A DNA stretch of 63,377 bases, filler included, from Trichomonas gallinae (taxonomy: Eukaryota): assembly GCA_008369845.1 (NCBI GenBank). It is 5 parts of 5 records of this genome, joined end to end, with 100 filler letters (N's around TTAATTAATTAA, not from the genome) between each part and the next. Parts side by side here need not be neighbours in the genome. Positions count along the whole stretch, not along the records: positions 31,922 to 49,459 come from MRSU01000317.1; positions 49,560 to 61,918 come from MRSU01000321.1; 3 more parts are not named here. One strand, given 5' to 3'. The notes under the pieces were generated by a model. The model saw only the letters and a program-made list of their open reading frames with translations, did not search any database and was not told the DNA's origin. Below are positions 45,916 through 57,205 of the stretch, in pieces; position 1 is the first letter of the stretch, and every line of letters starts with the position of its first letter. A program made the translations under genes and the position numbers.

Positions 45916-46670
45916 TTACAAAATGTCAGTTTTTAATATTATGTAATAAAATAAACTGTTTTATATTATTGCTTGTTTTCTTGTTATTTTTACTTTTGAG
46001 TGATTAATTGAAAAATTTAATTAACCTAACGTTTACGGGCGTGACAGAGCTCAAAACTATAATAAATATGATATATAATCATTTAAATATATTTTATTAA
46101 TCTTTAAATTTCAATTGAAAATAATCGTTTTATTTATTAATTTGCTGACAAAAGAAAAAATGCAATCAAAAGCAATTTAACGATGAAATATGTAATGCAA
46201 TAACATAATGATGTGGAATCTTTAATTAAAGAGAGAAATTATTTTTTGGCAGATTTAATTTTTTTAATTCCAAACAAAGACCATATATCTTTGGTCAACG
46301 CTTTCTATCCATCTTCCTTGCCGCTACGTGTATGGACAACATGTGTAGAGCAGCAGCTTTTGATCTACTTATGATAAACAGATTGTTTTCAGCTTACAAT
46401 ACCATTTAATGATCCCACAAGTCAATAATTATTGATATTTGTGATCACGAAGCGATTGATTGTTATATTAAGCTTGTAAATTATTACAAAAACGAAATCA
46501 TCCCAAAAGTTATCGAATGCATTTGATGGCTTGTTGATACAGTTATTTTATAAGACAAAATAAATGTATTTGCTTCAAATGAAATTATTTTGCTCACGAT
46601 TTACAAGCACGAAAGAATCAATCCAGGGAAATGCTTAATCTTATGAGATAAAAATACTATATAAGAATCA

Positions 46671-46811
46671 CACATTCTAATGTCCAATAATTATTGATAA
46701 TTATTAAATCGATATTTCCAAAATTTTTTTAAATTATCAATACTACTGTCTTGAAGACTGAATTGAGAAATCTCTTTTGCTTTCTTTTCATATGGTTCTA
46801 CATTTAAGAGA
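46671..46811 (-). pseudogene. Decayed fragment homologous to 47920-48072 of the neighbouring gene
   Basis: Colinear match: CACATTCtAAT.TCCAA.AATT.TTGATAAT.ATTAA.TCG...TGTCTTGAAGACT...GAAA.CTCTTTTGCT...CATATGGTTCT; no intact ORF. Confidence 0.75.
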
Positions 46812-47455
46812 ATTTTGAGCAAATTAAATAATATTTTAGGTAGATTCTGAATTAAACATTGAAATGATAAATTTGCTAAATAGACTAATGGATTTATTAG
46901 TAAATCTGTAATAATTATGGATTTCTTTCGTCATTTCTTGCGTTTTTAACAATTTGATATGGAAGTTATCATAATTTTTATGGCTTGCTCATTGTTATGA
47001 GATTTTAAAAATACAGATCTACTGTATTGAAGTTCGCAGTTATTTTCAATGAATGAACAATAATTCGAATCATTTGTCGATATTGATTTCAAGAATAAAA
47101 TTTAATACAATGATGAGGAGCTAAATTTAATATAGAATCTGATACTATACACGAAACTAAGAAGTTTGCTGCCCTTGAATTATTACTGAATAATTACTTG
47201 ATGTGTTTAGTGTAATATTATTCAGCAACCTTGCTGTAAAAATGGGTTTCTGATGTGAAAGATATTATTTTAATTATACTACTCATCTCATCCTCAATCA
47301 TAACATGAAAACAAACTTTTTTACGATATAAATTTGAACAATCATTATCTAACAAGTGATAAACTAATCCAATGATTTAATGCTCGAATAATGAATTTCA
47401 TCAAGCATCTTTGTTTATAGAAAATAAAGTTTTAAAAATTATAGTAACTTTGCAT

Positions 47456-48403
47456 TCAACTTATTAGTTGATTCTTTCTGTAAACGCGAAATACATATGG
47501 ATAAGATTGAGTTATTTCTGTTTTTGGTTTTGCTTCTTCTTGTTCGTTATCATCAATCAATTCGATGTAACAAGCAGCAGTATTAAATGCTGAAATATTG
47601 TATGATTTAACAGCATTGTTGGTGCTAGTAATAATTGAATTTTTAGATTTAAACGCTAATCCAGGATTGTCCACGAATATATAATGTGTGTCAATTTGTT
47701 TAACATTGAATAAATATCCATTTTTGCATTTGTTGCCTATAAAATTACACATCTTGAATCTAGGATTGGCAGTGTCAAAATTGGTGATTGATTGCTTAAT
47801 AATTTGTGATGTCACAGCTGTGTTTCTAACGATGTTTGTGTATTCAATCACTGAATATGTTCCAATTATATTAAAGGCTGGTGTCTCCTTGCATTTGTTT
47901 CTTGAAATATTTACCAATGCACATTCAAATTTCCAAAAATTCTTGATAATGATTAAGTCGCTATTTTCGAAATTTTTAATATAGCCACAATGAACAATAC
48001 AATTGTCTTGAAGACTTAACCGGGAAACCTCTTTTGCTGGCTTTCCATATGGTTCTGCAGATAAGACAATTCCAGGAGAGTTTTTGGTACTTGTTGATTC
48101 AACAAAACAACATCTGTAGACTGTGATATTTGAGTTTGATTTAATTATCGTTGTTGATCCATTTGAACAATTTTTGAAAACTGAACATGATACCAAAATA
48201 TAAGGGCAATTTATAATAGTTATGGCTGAAAATTTCAGTTCGGTGAACATAGCATTGAAAACATGATAATTTTGATTTTGAATTTTGATTGAATTTTTTG
48301 GACTCGATAAATCATGAAATACGGATCTATAAAAATTGTTCCATATATCTGGTTCCTCACTCCTAAGAATTTGTGTTATCTGCAATAAAAGAATAATAAA
48401 CAT
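47456..48403 (-). CDS. Secreted-type beta-helix-like family protein (cluster member 2)
   Basis: Paralog of 44965-45915 (FKNC, RCC, LSLQD, VNISRNKC, CNFIGNKC, YVFRVYRK). First ATG is 48403; the ORF track starts at TTG 48415. Confidence 0.8.
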   Translation of the reverse strand: MFIILLLQITQILRSEEPDIWNNFYRSVFHDLSSPKNSIKIQNQNYHVFNAMFTELKFSAITIINCPYILVSCSVFKNCSNGSTTIIKSNSNITVYRCCFVESTSTKNSPGIVLSAEPYGKPAKEVSRLSLQDNCIVHCGYIKNFENSDLIIIKNFWKFECALVNISRNKCKETPAFNIIGTYSVIEYTNIVRNTAVTSQIIKQSITNFDTANPRFKMCNFIGNKCKNGYLFNVKQIDTHYIFVDNPGLAFKSKNSIITSTNNAVKSYNISAFNTAACYIELIDDNEQEEAKPKTEITQSYPYVFRVYRKNQLIS

Positions 48404-48906
48404 CAGAAGAAACAATTCAAAGTGTCAGTTTTATAAATTCGATAATCAACTTGAAATTGGTGTATAGGACGGTGTTGCATATAATATAGGATAATGTGAA
48501 TGGATTCAAAATTGAGAGTTATTTGATGTTGATCTCAAAATTGAAATATAGTTTTGATAGGTGTCAAAAAAATTAAATAAAAGATTATATCATACTTCTA
48601 CTTAAAGAATTGGTATCTATTTTTGATAGATTTTCAATCGAAGAAATACAGGTTTATCTAAAATTAACGGAAATTGTTGATTATAGATCTAATTCTCAAT
48701 AATGAAGTTATTTATAGTTACCATTTTGGAAAAGATAACCATAGCATTATAATGGGTCTGGCATTTTTAATCAGGGGCAACATATCATATTTTTAAAAAT
48801 TCAATCAGTATCATAAAGGTTATCCTCATTGAAATAATATTGTAATGAAAATTTGACTAAAACATTTAAGTTAAAAATTTGGAAAATATATCGTTAAAAT
48901 GATATT

Positions 48907-49382
48907 TTATTCCATTATATGTTGGTTTCTTCTCGAAAATTTGTAAATATTCTGAATGTTATTCGTCATTTCTTCTGTTTTTTCGATCTTTTTGTAACAA
49001 TTTGATAAGGAAGGTAGCCCAATTGTTAATGTTTGCTCATATTTTTGAGAATATATAATTATAGATCTACTGGAGTGATTTTTACAGTTATTTTCAACAA
49101 ATCCGCAATTTTTCACCCAAAATTGATCATCTGTATCAAATAAGTAACCATTTTCACATGTGTTATAGACAAAATTACAAAAATTGAAAGCATTGTATGG
49201 TTTAATTTCGTTATATTTATATGAAAATACGTGATTAATAATTTGATTAAACAAAGCTGTGTTATTTTCAATCTGTGTGTATTCGATTTGAGTGTTTCTA
49301 TTGTTTAAATCGAATGCTGGTGATTCCAAACACTTGTTTTTAGTAATATTGACATATTGCGTAGCAATTTTAGGAAATTCAA
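48907..49382 (-). pseudogene. 3' half of cluster member 3; 5' part absent or interrupted at the contig end
   Basis: FPKIATQYVNITKNKC...IENNTA...CNFVYNTCENGYLF...IYKFSRR aligns to members 1 and 2; upstream sequence is unrelated and runs into the linker. Confidence 0.6.
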
Positions 49383-49459
49383 AGGTACCTCGGAGGTTTG
49401 AAAATCTGAATTTTGGATCCATTCTTCGTATATATGGACCACAGACCATAGGGATACTC

Positions 49460-49559
49460 NNNNNNNNNNNNNNNNNNNNNNNNNNNNNNNNNNNNNNNNN
49501 NNNTTAATTAATTAANNNNNNNNNNNNNNNNNNNNNNNNNNNNNNNNNNNNNNNNNNNN
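49460..49559. other. Artificial assembly linker
   Basis: N44-TTAATTAATTAA-N44. Confidence 0.97.
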
Positions 49560-50474
49560 TTTCGATTTGATATTATTTAGGTTGTTTTTAAGACTATTTT
49601 TAATTCTTTTAGAACTGTCCAATGCTTTCTTTGTGTCTTTGCTAACCATTTCATATTTCGAAATTAAACCATCTTCGGATAATTTTGTAATAAGCTCTCT
49701 CTTTTTGTCTATTTCGTCATGGATATAAGCTAATTTCCTTGATCTAAGCTCGGCTAAGAAGTTTTCATCTCTTGTTCCAATAATATTGCCTGGATCTGTA
49801 ATTTTAACATCTTTTATTTGCGGAACTTCTCCTAATAAGAAAGATACAGTGTTATTCACAGCTTCTTTAGACTTTTCCTTAGATGTTATAGATCCATTTT
49901 TGAATTCCAATTTTTTATCATCATCAATAACTTCAAATTCAACATCTCTGCTTGTTTTCTCTTTGTAGATATAAATAACATATTTTGAACCTTCTCTTTC
50001 GAAATGAATTTGATTATTGGTGTAGCCCATAAACATGAAGTAAAGGAGATGAACATAAACGAAAAACATTCTTTTATAAACATATTCATCTGCTTGATTA
50101 GTATGGAAAGTTATTTTTATTTTGCGATTTAAGTTTTGAATGTAATTTTCCATTGTATAAATTGCATTTTTTGTATTATCATTAGTTCGATAATATTCTG
50201 GCATGAAGTCGAAGAAATGGCCGATTTGGCCATTAAATTTTATCAAATATCTCCTAATTGGCATGACTTTCGATAGATCCAACATTAATATGTCATATTT
50301 ATTTACAGATCCCGCTATTTTGTTGTATTGTACTTTAAAATAATCAATATCTGAAATACCAAAGTGTTCTTCATCGACATTCTTTATATATTGATTTATT
50401 TGATAAAGCTGATCGTAAACTGTCATATCTTTAGGGACAAAAAAACTTAATGGATTCATTTGTGCTGACGTCAT
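49560..50474 (-). CDS. Hypothetical protein, 3'-truncated by the linker
   Basis: About 300 open codons from ATG 50474 (MTSAQMNPL) to the gap. Confidence 0.7.
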
Positions 50475-51747
50475 CAACAATCAAAAAAAAAAATTATGAT
50501 GGAACATTTATAATAAATAATTTTGATTTTGATTTCTACATAATATAAGAATCTTTGATTTCCAATATATAACGAAAATAAATTTTTAAAATAGTTATTA
50601 TTTTATCTTAAATTATTTCGAAATAGTATATAAAAATCAAAAATATAAATAATACAATATGCACATACTGAGCTGTTATATGTCATTTTATTATTATATT
50701 ATCGAAATTATGCATAAATTATTGGAAAAAATCACTTTTCGAAGTCCGTATAATGTTATATTTTTTGGATAGTTGATTCAAAGAATCGACATCATCACGG
50801 ACAAATTTTACTAAAATTAGGGACCTACAAGATCAAGAAGCTCCAAAAAAGAAGACTCAGGAAGATGTTTTATGATTAAAGTAAACATGAAAATTTCTGG
50901 AATGACATGGAAAACAGAAACAATCCGATTAATATGGAACAACTTACCCAACAGTGTTCTGTACCAAAATTCGGAACGAAAAGTGACTAGTTTACATGCC
51001 AGATTTGACACGTAAAGTATCCAAAAAGTGGCACTTTAGACAGGGGGTGCATCCATATCTGTCATTTTTTCAAATGATTATGATGCTGCATTGTGAAATA
51101 AAATACTAAATTTTGGAGATAAAGAGTTTGAAGAAATATTAGAAGATTGTGCCAGCGTCAGATATGACGCCTGAAACAAGTTGAAGCTATTTCATCTTTT
51201 TTTTAGACACTGCTACGAGAGAGAGTCTCTTGTATTCAGCAAAGTGTCATGATGTAACATGAATTTAGATTTCGAGTGAGATCAACAGAAATTGATGCCA
51301 CATGTCTGCAGCAATGCTTCGCTGATAGAAGTCAACCAAGAGACGTAATACGTGGAAGATTACTTGAATAAACTGAAGCAGGAAAAAGCAATTTTGCAGG
51401 AGCAGCATGAATGGGAATTAAAACAACAAAAAAAAGTTATTTCGAATCATTAATGAAGAAAGAGCTCCAAAAGCAATTTTAGATCTTTATGAACCTAATT
51501 TGTGAAGTTTAAATCAAATAAAATTAACATTTTAATATCCAAATAGTTCATATTTAATCTTTTTGTCAAAAATCAAATTTAATTTTTCTCAATAACATGA
51601 ATAATTGAAGGAATTGCATATAAAAATGATTTCTAAAACAGCAAATAAAAATATCTAAATGTATATTTATAATAACAAATACTGTGTATATAATAAAAAC
51701 AAATGTTAATATTCTAAATTGTTAAAACAATAATGAAATAAAATATT

Positions 51748-52944
51748 TCATAATTTCCATTCTCTGTTTTTAAGTGTGTTTAAGCCGTGTCCAATCATCC
51801 TACAAGCCAAATAAATATCAATACTTGCGCCATTTCCATATAAATGATTGCAGTTCAGGCCAGTATATTGCAAACTAAAAATGTTGCAAGCTGTTACAAA
51901 CATTCCGATCGAATAATCATGGTGAACAGTGCCAACGATGACAATGACAGTGTTATCTTTCATAAACATACAGTTAACAATATTTGAGCCGGTTGGCATG
52001 AAAAGGAATAAAGTGGATGCCCAGATACTCGATGATTCTCTTAATGGTAGATTTTTATCTTCTTTAATTACCCAATTTATATTCGGATATTTGTGCTTCA
52101 CTGCTCTGCATACGTCATTAAAGTTTTTTATGTACCGAGGTGCCTTGTACTGCCTGTTTGAAAGGAAATACTGCGTCGCATTGATACGAGATAGATTGAA
52201 TTTTTCATCGAAGAACATTTTTAATTTTTGTGTTGATTTTCCGTAGAAATTCAGATAAATTAGTGGTTTTATGAATGTGTAGACTTTGTCGCATGATATA
52301 TACTCTTTGTCTTTCAAAGATATTCGCTTATCTTTTGGAAAATTATATAAATCTAAAAATTCAGTTAAAATCGGCTCAAATCCAATGCAAAGCAGATATG
52401 CATTATCAATAACATCTTGTGGTATCATTAATAAAGGCTGAAACACGTCTTCAACTAAATGGCCAAATTTTTTGGCACATTCACTATAGCCTAACACAAT
52501 TACTTGTGGATAATGAGATACAACTGATCCTGTTAATGTTTTTAAACGTTCTAAGAACTTCCAATTTGGAATATCTTTAGGCGAATAAACATAATTGTTA
52601 ATTACAATTCCACCAATACCATTTACGTATGCGTAGTATATTTCGGCAAATGTGTGATTTAAAATTGCTGAATCTGCGTTCCAGCGTGCGGTATTTTCTT
52701 TATTATGGTAAAAATGAAAGTAAGTATAGTTTCTTGGTGTTCTTATGTTATATTGTAACAATATTCCAACATTTTCTTGAGGTATCGCACCAAGTTTGGC
52801 TGTTATTGAAATATTCTTGTTTCTTTTCCAAAAAGTAGCTTTGCAATTCAATTTAGGCATAATCAGTGCCGAATATATAATGCATGTGTAAAGTAAAACA
52901 GTATCTACAGCAAATTCGAAATATTTAAAATAAAGCCTCTTCAA
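51748..52944 (-). CDS. Glycosyltransferase family 61 (DUF563)-like, type II membrane protein
   Basis: KFGHLVED, LSNR...RYIKN, LFMPTGSNIVNCMFMKDNTVII resemble GT61 motifs. The N-terminal anchor needs a TTG start at 52944; first ATG is 52860. Confidence 0.7.
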   Translation of the reverse strand: MKRLYFKYFEFAVDTVLLYTCIIYSALIMPKLNCKATFWKRNKNISITAKLGAIPQENVGILLQYNIRTPRNYTYFHFYHNKENTARWNADSAILNHTFAEIYYAYVNGIGGIVINNYVYSPKDIPNWKFLERLKTLTGSVVSHYPQVIVLGYSECAKKFGHLVEDVFQPLLMIPQDVIDNAYLLCIGFEPILTEFLDLYNFPKDKRISLKDKEYISCDKVYTFIKPLIYLNFYGKSTQKLKMFFDEKFNLSRINATQYFLSNRQYKAPRYIKNFNDVCRAVKHKYPNINWVIKEDKNLPLRESSSIWASTLFLFMPTGSNIVNCMFMKDNTVIVIVGTVHHDYSIGMFVTACNIFSLQYTGLNCNHLYGNGASIDIYLACRMIGHGLNTLKNREWKL

Positions 52945-53299
52945 TTAATTTGTCAGATTTTCGAATTTACGTGGCAAAATTTTACGATATTCATATCTCT
53001 TCAAAATATTGTGCTAATAAATCCTAAGGAGTTTCGTATTCAAACCCAGAATAGATTCTTGCTAAATGTTTCTCTCATATGCCCTAGTGTGCAATGTAAT
53101 AAAGAAAGCGTAGAACGAGCGCACCCCGAAACCGACATCCTTAGCTTGTCTGAGATCTTTGATTTATTTTGGAAAAGAAAAAAAGAGTTAATCTAAAAAT
53201 GATTTTTGATGATTATTTCGGTATTTACTGACTACATAGATACCAAAAATGATAAAATACGAGATTGTTTGTACGATTATTGTAAAGTTAAATCAGTGA

Positions 53300-54433
53300 A
53301 TGCGTCGAATATTCGAGCCACCACGACCATTCATGAAACCCACCTCGATTTCATATCCATCGTGGGGGCATCCGGATCGACCTGAAAAGGCGCCGATGTT
53401 TCACAGATTAAATGCAACAGATTTCAACATTTCTTTAGAACCTTCGATTAAATCAAAAACTTTTAAGGAATACGATACAGAAATTCGATACAGACTTATT
53501 AAAAACGACTCTACAGACCAAGGCTTGATATGGCTTACGATGGCTCGCAATATTTTTCACCAAGAATTATCACAAATGCCAGAAAATTATATTTCGAAGT
53601 TAGTTTTCAACAAAAACCATTATACATGCGTTTTAATACTCAATGGTGTTGTTTTTGGTGGAATTTGCTTTAGGCCATTTTTCGATCGAGATTTTGCCGA
53701 AATTGCTTTTTGTGCGGTTTCTTCAACCGGACAAATTCGAGGCTACGGTTCACATATTATGTCACAGGTTAAGACTTACATGCAAGCGATGCATCTACAC
53801 AATATATTAACTTATGCAGATAATTCTGCGGTCGATTATTTCAAACGCCAAGGATTTACTTTAGAAATCAACCTTAACCCGACCATTTGGAGGCATTGCA
53901 TCAAAGATTATCAAGGAGCTACTCTAATTCATTGTAAAATATATCCAACAGTCGACTACATGCGTATTAACGATGTTATAGACAGCCAGCTTAAGTGGTC
54001 ATCGGACTTATTGCCAGATTACCCAACAAGAGTCGCCAGGGTTTGGCCTATTAAAAAGTTTGGCGGCATTTTGATAACATCTCAGCCGCAAATCGACGTT
54101 ACTAACCAGATGCGAATAGTTGTCGACAAAGTCAAGCACCACTCAAGGTCATGGCCCTTCAGGAAGCCTGTCACCAAAAATGAGGCGCCTAACTACTTCG
54201 AGATCATCAAGTATCCTATGGATCTCTCGACATTGGAGAAAAACGTCTACGACGGCAAATATCCAACATTCGAGAAGTTCGAAAACGACTTGAGGCTGAT
54301 ATTCACAAACTGCTACTTGTATAATAAGGGCGAGTCTAGATATAGAAAGAGCGCAATTGAACTTGAAATTTTTGTTAATCAATTATTGGCTTCGCAAAAA
54401 GTTCGCTCGCATGCATCATCTGCCAACAAATAA
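53300..54433 (+). CDS. GCN5: GCN5 histone acetyltransferase with bromodomain
   Basis: GGICFRPF..RDFAEIAFCAV..QIRGYG, LTYADNSAVDYFKRQGF, IKDYQGATL; bromodomain SWPFRKPV..APNYFEIIKYPMDL..NCYLYN. Confidence 0.93.
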   Translation: MRRIFEPPRPFMKPTSISYPSWGHPDRPEKAPMFHRLNATDFNISLEPSIKSKTFKEYDTEIRYRLIKNDSTDQGLIWLTMARNIFHQELSQMPENYISKLVFNKNHYTCVLILNGVVFGGICFRPFFDRDFAEIAFCAVSSTGQIRGYGSHIMSQVKTYMQAMHLHNILTYADNSAVDYFKRQGFTLEINLNPTIWRHCIKDYQGATLIHCKIYPTVDYMRINDVIDSQLKWSSDLLPDYPTRVARVWPIKKFGGILITSQPQIDVTNQMRIVVDKVKHHSRSWPFRKPVTKNEAPNYFEIIKYPMDLSTLEKNVYDGKYPTFEKFENDLRLIFTNCYLYNKGESRYRKSAIELEIFVNQLLASQKVRSHASSANK

Positions 54434-55109
54434 TTATTGTTTTGTCTATATTTTTTGTTATATAATAAATTTTGTATTATTTACATTGTTTGCAAAAAAA
54501 TTATTCTTTAATTTAGCTATTTATCAACTATAGAATGCAAATGCTTCTATACTTCATTGTATGGTGGATTGAATACTTAAAAATCTAAAGATTAAATAGA
54601 TAAATCGAAAATAATCATAACATGCTGTTTTTACTATATATTTTCACTCATATGCCTTATGCATTCCTATATTATGTACAAATCAATGGTAAGTCAACGA
54701 AATTTAATAACAAAATTAATTTTATGAGATAATTTTCATTTTATACAATAAGTATGAATTTTATGTAGTGAAATATTATCATATTTACATCTAAAAGAAT
54801 TTCATAATGTGTTGATCGTAGAAACATTCTATAATATTTTAATATTTGAATATAGCAATAAAATAAATGATAATTCTTTATTTTTGACTTGCAAAATTGT
54901 TATATAGATATATAAATGTATATTGCAAGAAGTTCAAGTATCAAACTGCATTTTTTAGATTTTGCATAAAGAAATATAGTACGAAAACAAGATTTTGGTC
55001 GATAAAAACGATTTATAACCATTTGTAAGGCTAAATATGCATAAAAAGAATTTACAAGAATTTCCGGTGATGTAAAAAGTGACAAGATGTCAAATTTTTA
55101 AAAATTCAA

Positions 55110-56042
55110 ATGTCGTTTCCAGATGAACTGAGACCATGCATCAAGTACTACAATTACTCAAAGAAAGTCAGCGATGAGTCCGCGAAGGTTGTTTTGGTCA
55201 ACTTTTTCGTAAACTTAGCCCGCGATATTCTCGAAGAAAATGGAAATTCCAACCAAGAAGCAATAGATTTCGTCGACAATATTGCTAACAGTGTCAGAGA
55301 ATTCCAGGAAGAAGATATCACGAACTATAGAAATTACGTCAACAAACTTTACACAAATATGTCTGCAAGAGTAAAATCAGGTGCTAGAATGAGCAACATG
55401 ATTCCAACAATGCTTATGATTTCCAACCTTTACTCAATTTTCGAGGATGATGAAGTTAGTGCAGCTCGTGAAGAAGAATGTAAGAAATGTGCTGCTATGA
55501 TCAAACACTACATTGATCAGAATGGCGAATGCGGCCCACAGACACAGACACCATCTGAACCAACTGAACAGCCAAGTGCTCCACCGCCACAACCATCAAC
55601 TCCTTACGTTCCACCTCAAGAGCCTGCAAACCCATATGTCCCACCTAAAGAGCCTGAAAATCCATACCAGCCTCCAGCACCAGCTCCAGAACCAAAGCCA
55701 ACACCTCCACCAGCAGATCCAAAGCCTCCGGCTCCAAAACCAGCACCAAAGCATGCAGATCCACCGGCTCCTAAGCCAGCACCAGCTCCTAAGCCATCCG
55801 GTGAGCCATGCGCTTCTGTTGCTAACTGCAAATATAATCGCGACCCAGCTTTAGCATATTTCGAGCAGGAAGGCATCAAGCTTGTTTCCAAGTGCTTACC
55901 AGCGCCAGATATTGAGACAGGCAAATGCATTCAGAGATATATCGATTATGCTGTTTCTCGTTTATATGCTGACATGTACACAGAATCATACAAGTTCCTT
56001 GAGAACGCTTTGAAGTCATGGAAAGTTGGAAAACCGGTTTAA
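55110..56042 (+). CDS. Vta1/LIP5-like ESCRT accessory protein (divergent)
   Basis: MIT-like helical N-terminus (PDELRPCIKY), long Pro-rich linker and VSL-like C-terminus IQRYIDYAVSRL...SYKFLENAL. Confidence 0.6.
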   Translation: MSFPDELRPCIKYYNYSKKVSDESAKVVLVNFFVNLARDILEENGNSNQEAIDFVDNIANSVREFQEEDITNYRNYVNKLYTNMSARVKSGARMSNMIPTMLMISNLYSIFEDDEVSAAREEECKKCAAMIKHYIDQNGECGPQTQTPSEPTEQPSAPPPQPSTPYVPPQEPANPYVPPKEPENPYQPPAPAPEPKPTPPPADPKPPAPKPAPKHADPPAPKPAPAPKPSGEPCASVANCKYNRDPALAYFEQEGIKLVSKCLPAPDIETGKCIQRYIDYAVSRLYADMYTESYKFLENALKSWKVGKPV

Positions 56043-56518
56043 AAAAGTTATCTGTTTAATGAATTTTTAATTCCTCTTTTCAACAAATTCAAATAAAAAA
56101 TGTTGGTATTAAATCTCATCGTTTGAATTACATAATTCACTTATGAAAATAATCAATATTTTGATTCAATCAAAAAAGATAATCAATATTCCCTTTCAAG
56201 TGTGTGAGTGTTCTTGATGTGTAATAAATGTCACATTTATGAGTTGTCAATTATGAAGAGCATTCGATTTTTTAAAAATATATATTTGCAAAAGGGAAAC
56301 TAAATATATATAATCCATCTTTACACATAACCTACAGAAAAGCACAATAATAACAAGAAGTTGAGCAATTAGTTGTATAATTTTATATTTTTAAAATTTT
56401 TGATTTGAATATGATATAAACTGTTAAATATTGTGTTGGATCATCTCAAATATGGTTAAATGAAGGATAAATAAGCAAAATAGTAAAAATTTTATAAAAT
56501 ACGAAAGCTGAGTTGTAT

Positions 56519-57169
56519 TTAATCCATAACAGTTTGACGAATGCGTGGAAGAATGCCGTCGTAAGCAAGTTTAAGTCTCTCGTTGAGAATGTTTGATAGA
56601 CGGATTTTGCCCTTGTGGCAAGTGAAGACGACACCACCAGCGCAGTGTGGGTCTGCTGGAAGATACCTCTCATCATCAACGACGACCTTGATGTTAAGCT
56701 CTGGCTCCTTCTCTTTGACCATTTCTAAAGCTTTGGGTATAACATTGTTGCAAATCTCAACATCTGACTTGCGGACTGTCAAGCGAACGCGTGATTCCTT
56801 TAAAATGAGAAGTCCTTCAGCGATTAATTTTGCGAGAACTGGAGGATAGTCTGGACCCTTGCTAAACTCGTTTAACTTGTTCTTAGCTTCCTCGAGAGCC
56901 TCGTTGAGGGCCTTTTTCTGTGCCTTTAAAATTTCAAGTTTTGCGCTATTTGTGATTTTGGCGTGTTGAATTTGTCTATTGACTTCAATTTCCTTTTCCT
57001 GGCGTTCTGCCTCTTGTTGGAGGTTTGTGGTTGTTTGTGAAATTTGCTGGTCATAATAATGATCGGCAATTTCTGCTGCTTCGGCCTGTTTTTCCATTGC
57101 GCGGGATTCTGCTTGCTCTTTGAACATAGCACACATCTGTTCAACGCGTTTAGCTGGAGAAAGAGACAT
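56519..57169 (-). CDS. V-type ATPase V1 subunit E
   Basis: QAESRAMEK, ITNSAKLEILKAQ, LIAEGLLILKE..VRKSD, CAGGVV...GKIRLSNILNERL..ILPRIR. Confidence 0.92.
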   Translation of the reverse strand: MSLSPAKRVEQMCAMFKEQAESRAMEKQAEAAEIADHYYDQQISQTTTNLQQEAERQEKEIEVNRQIQHAKITNSAKLEILKAQKKALNEALEEAKNKLNEFSKGPDYPPVLAKLIAEGLLILKESRVRLTVRKSDVEICNNVIPKALEMVKEKEPELNIKVVVDDERYLPADPHCAGGVVFTCHKGKIRLSNILNERLKLAYDGILPRIRQTVMD

Positions 57170-57205
57170 CTTGTTTTTGGACGATCAAGCCTGTCACTTT
57201 TAATT

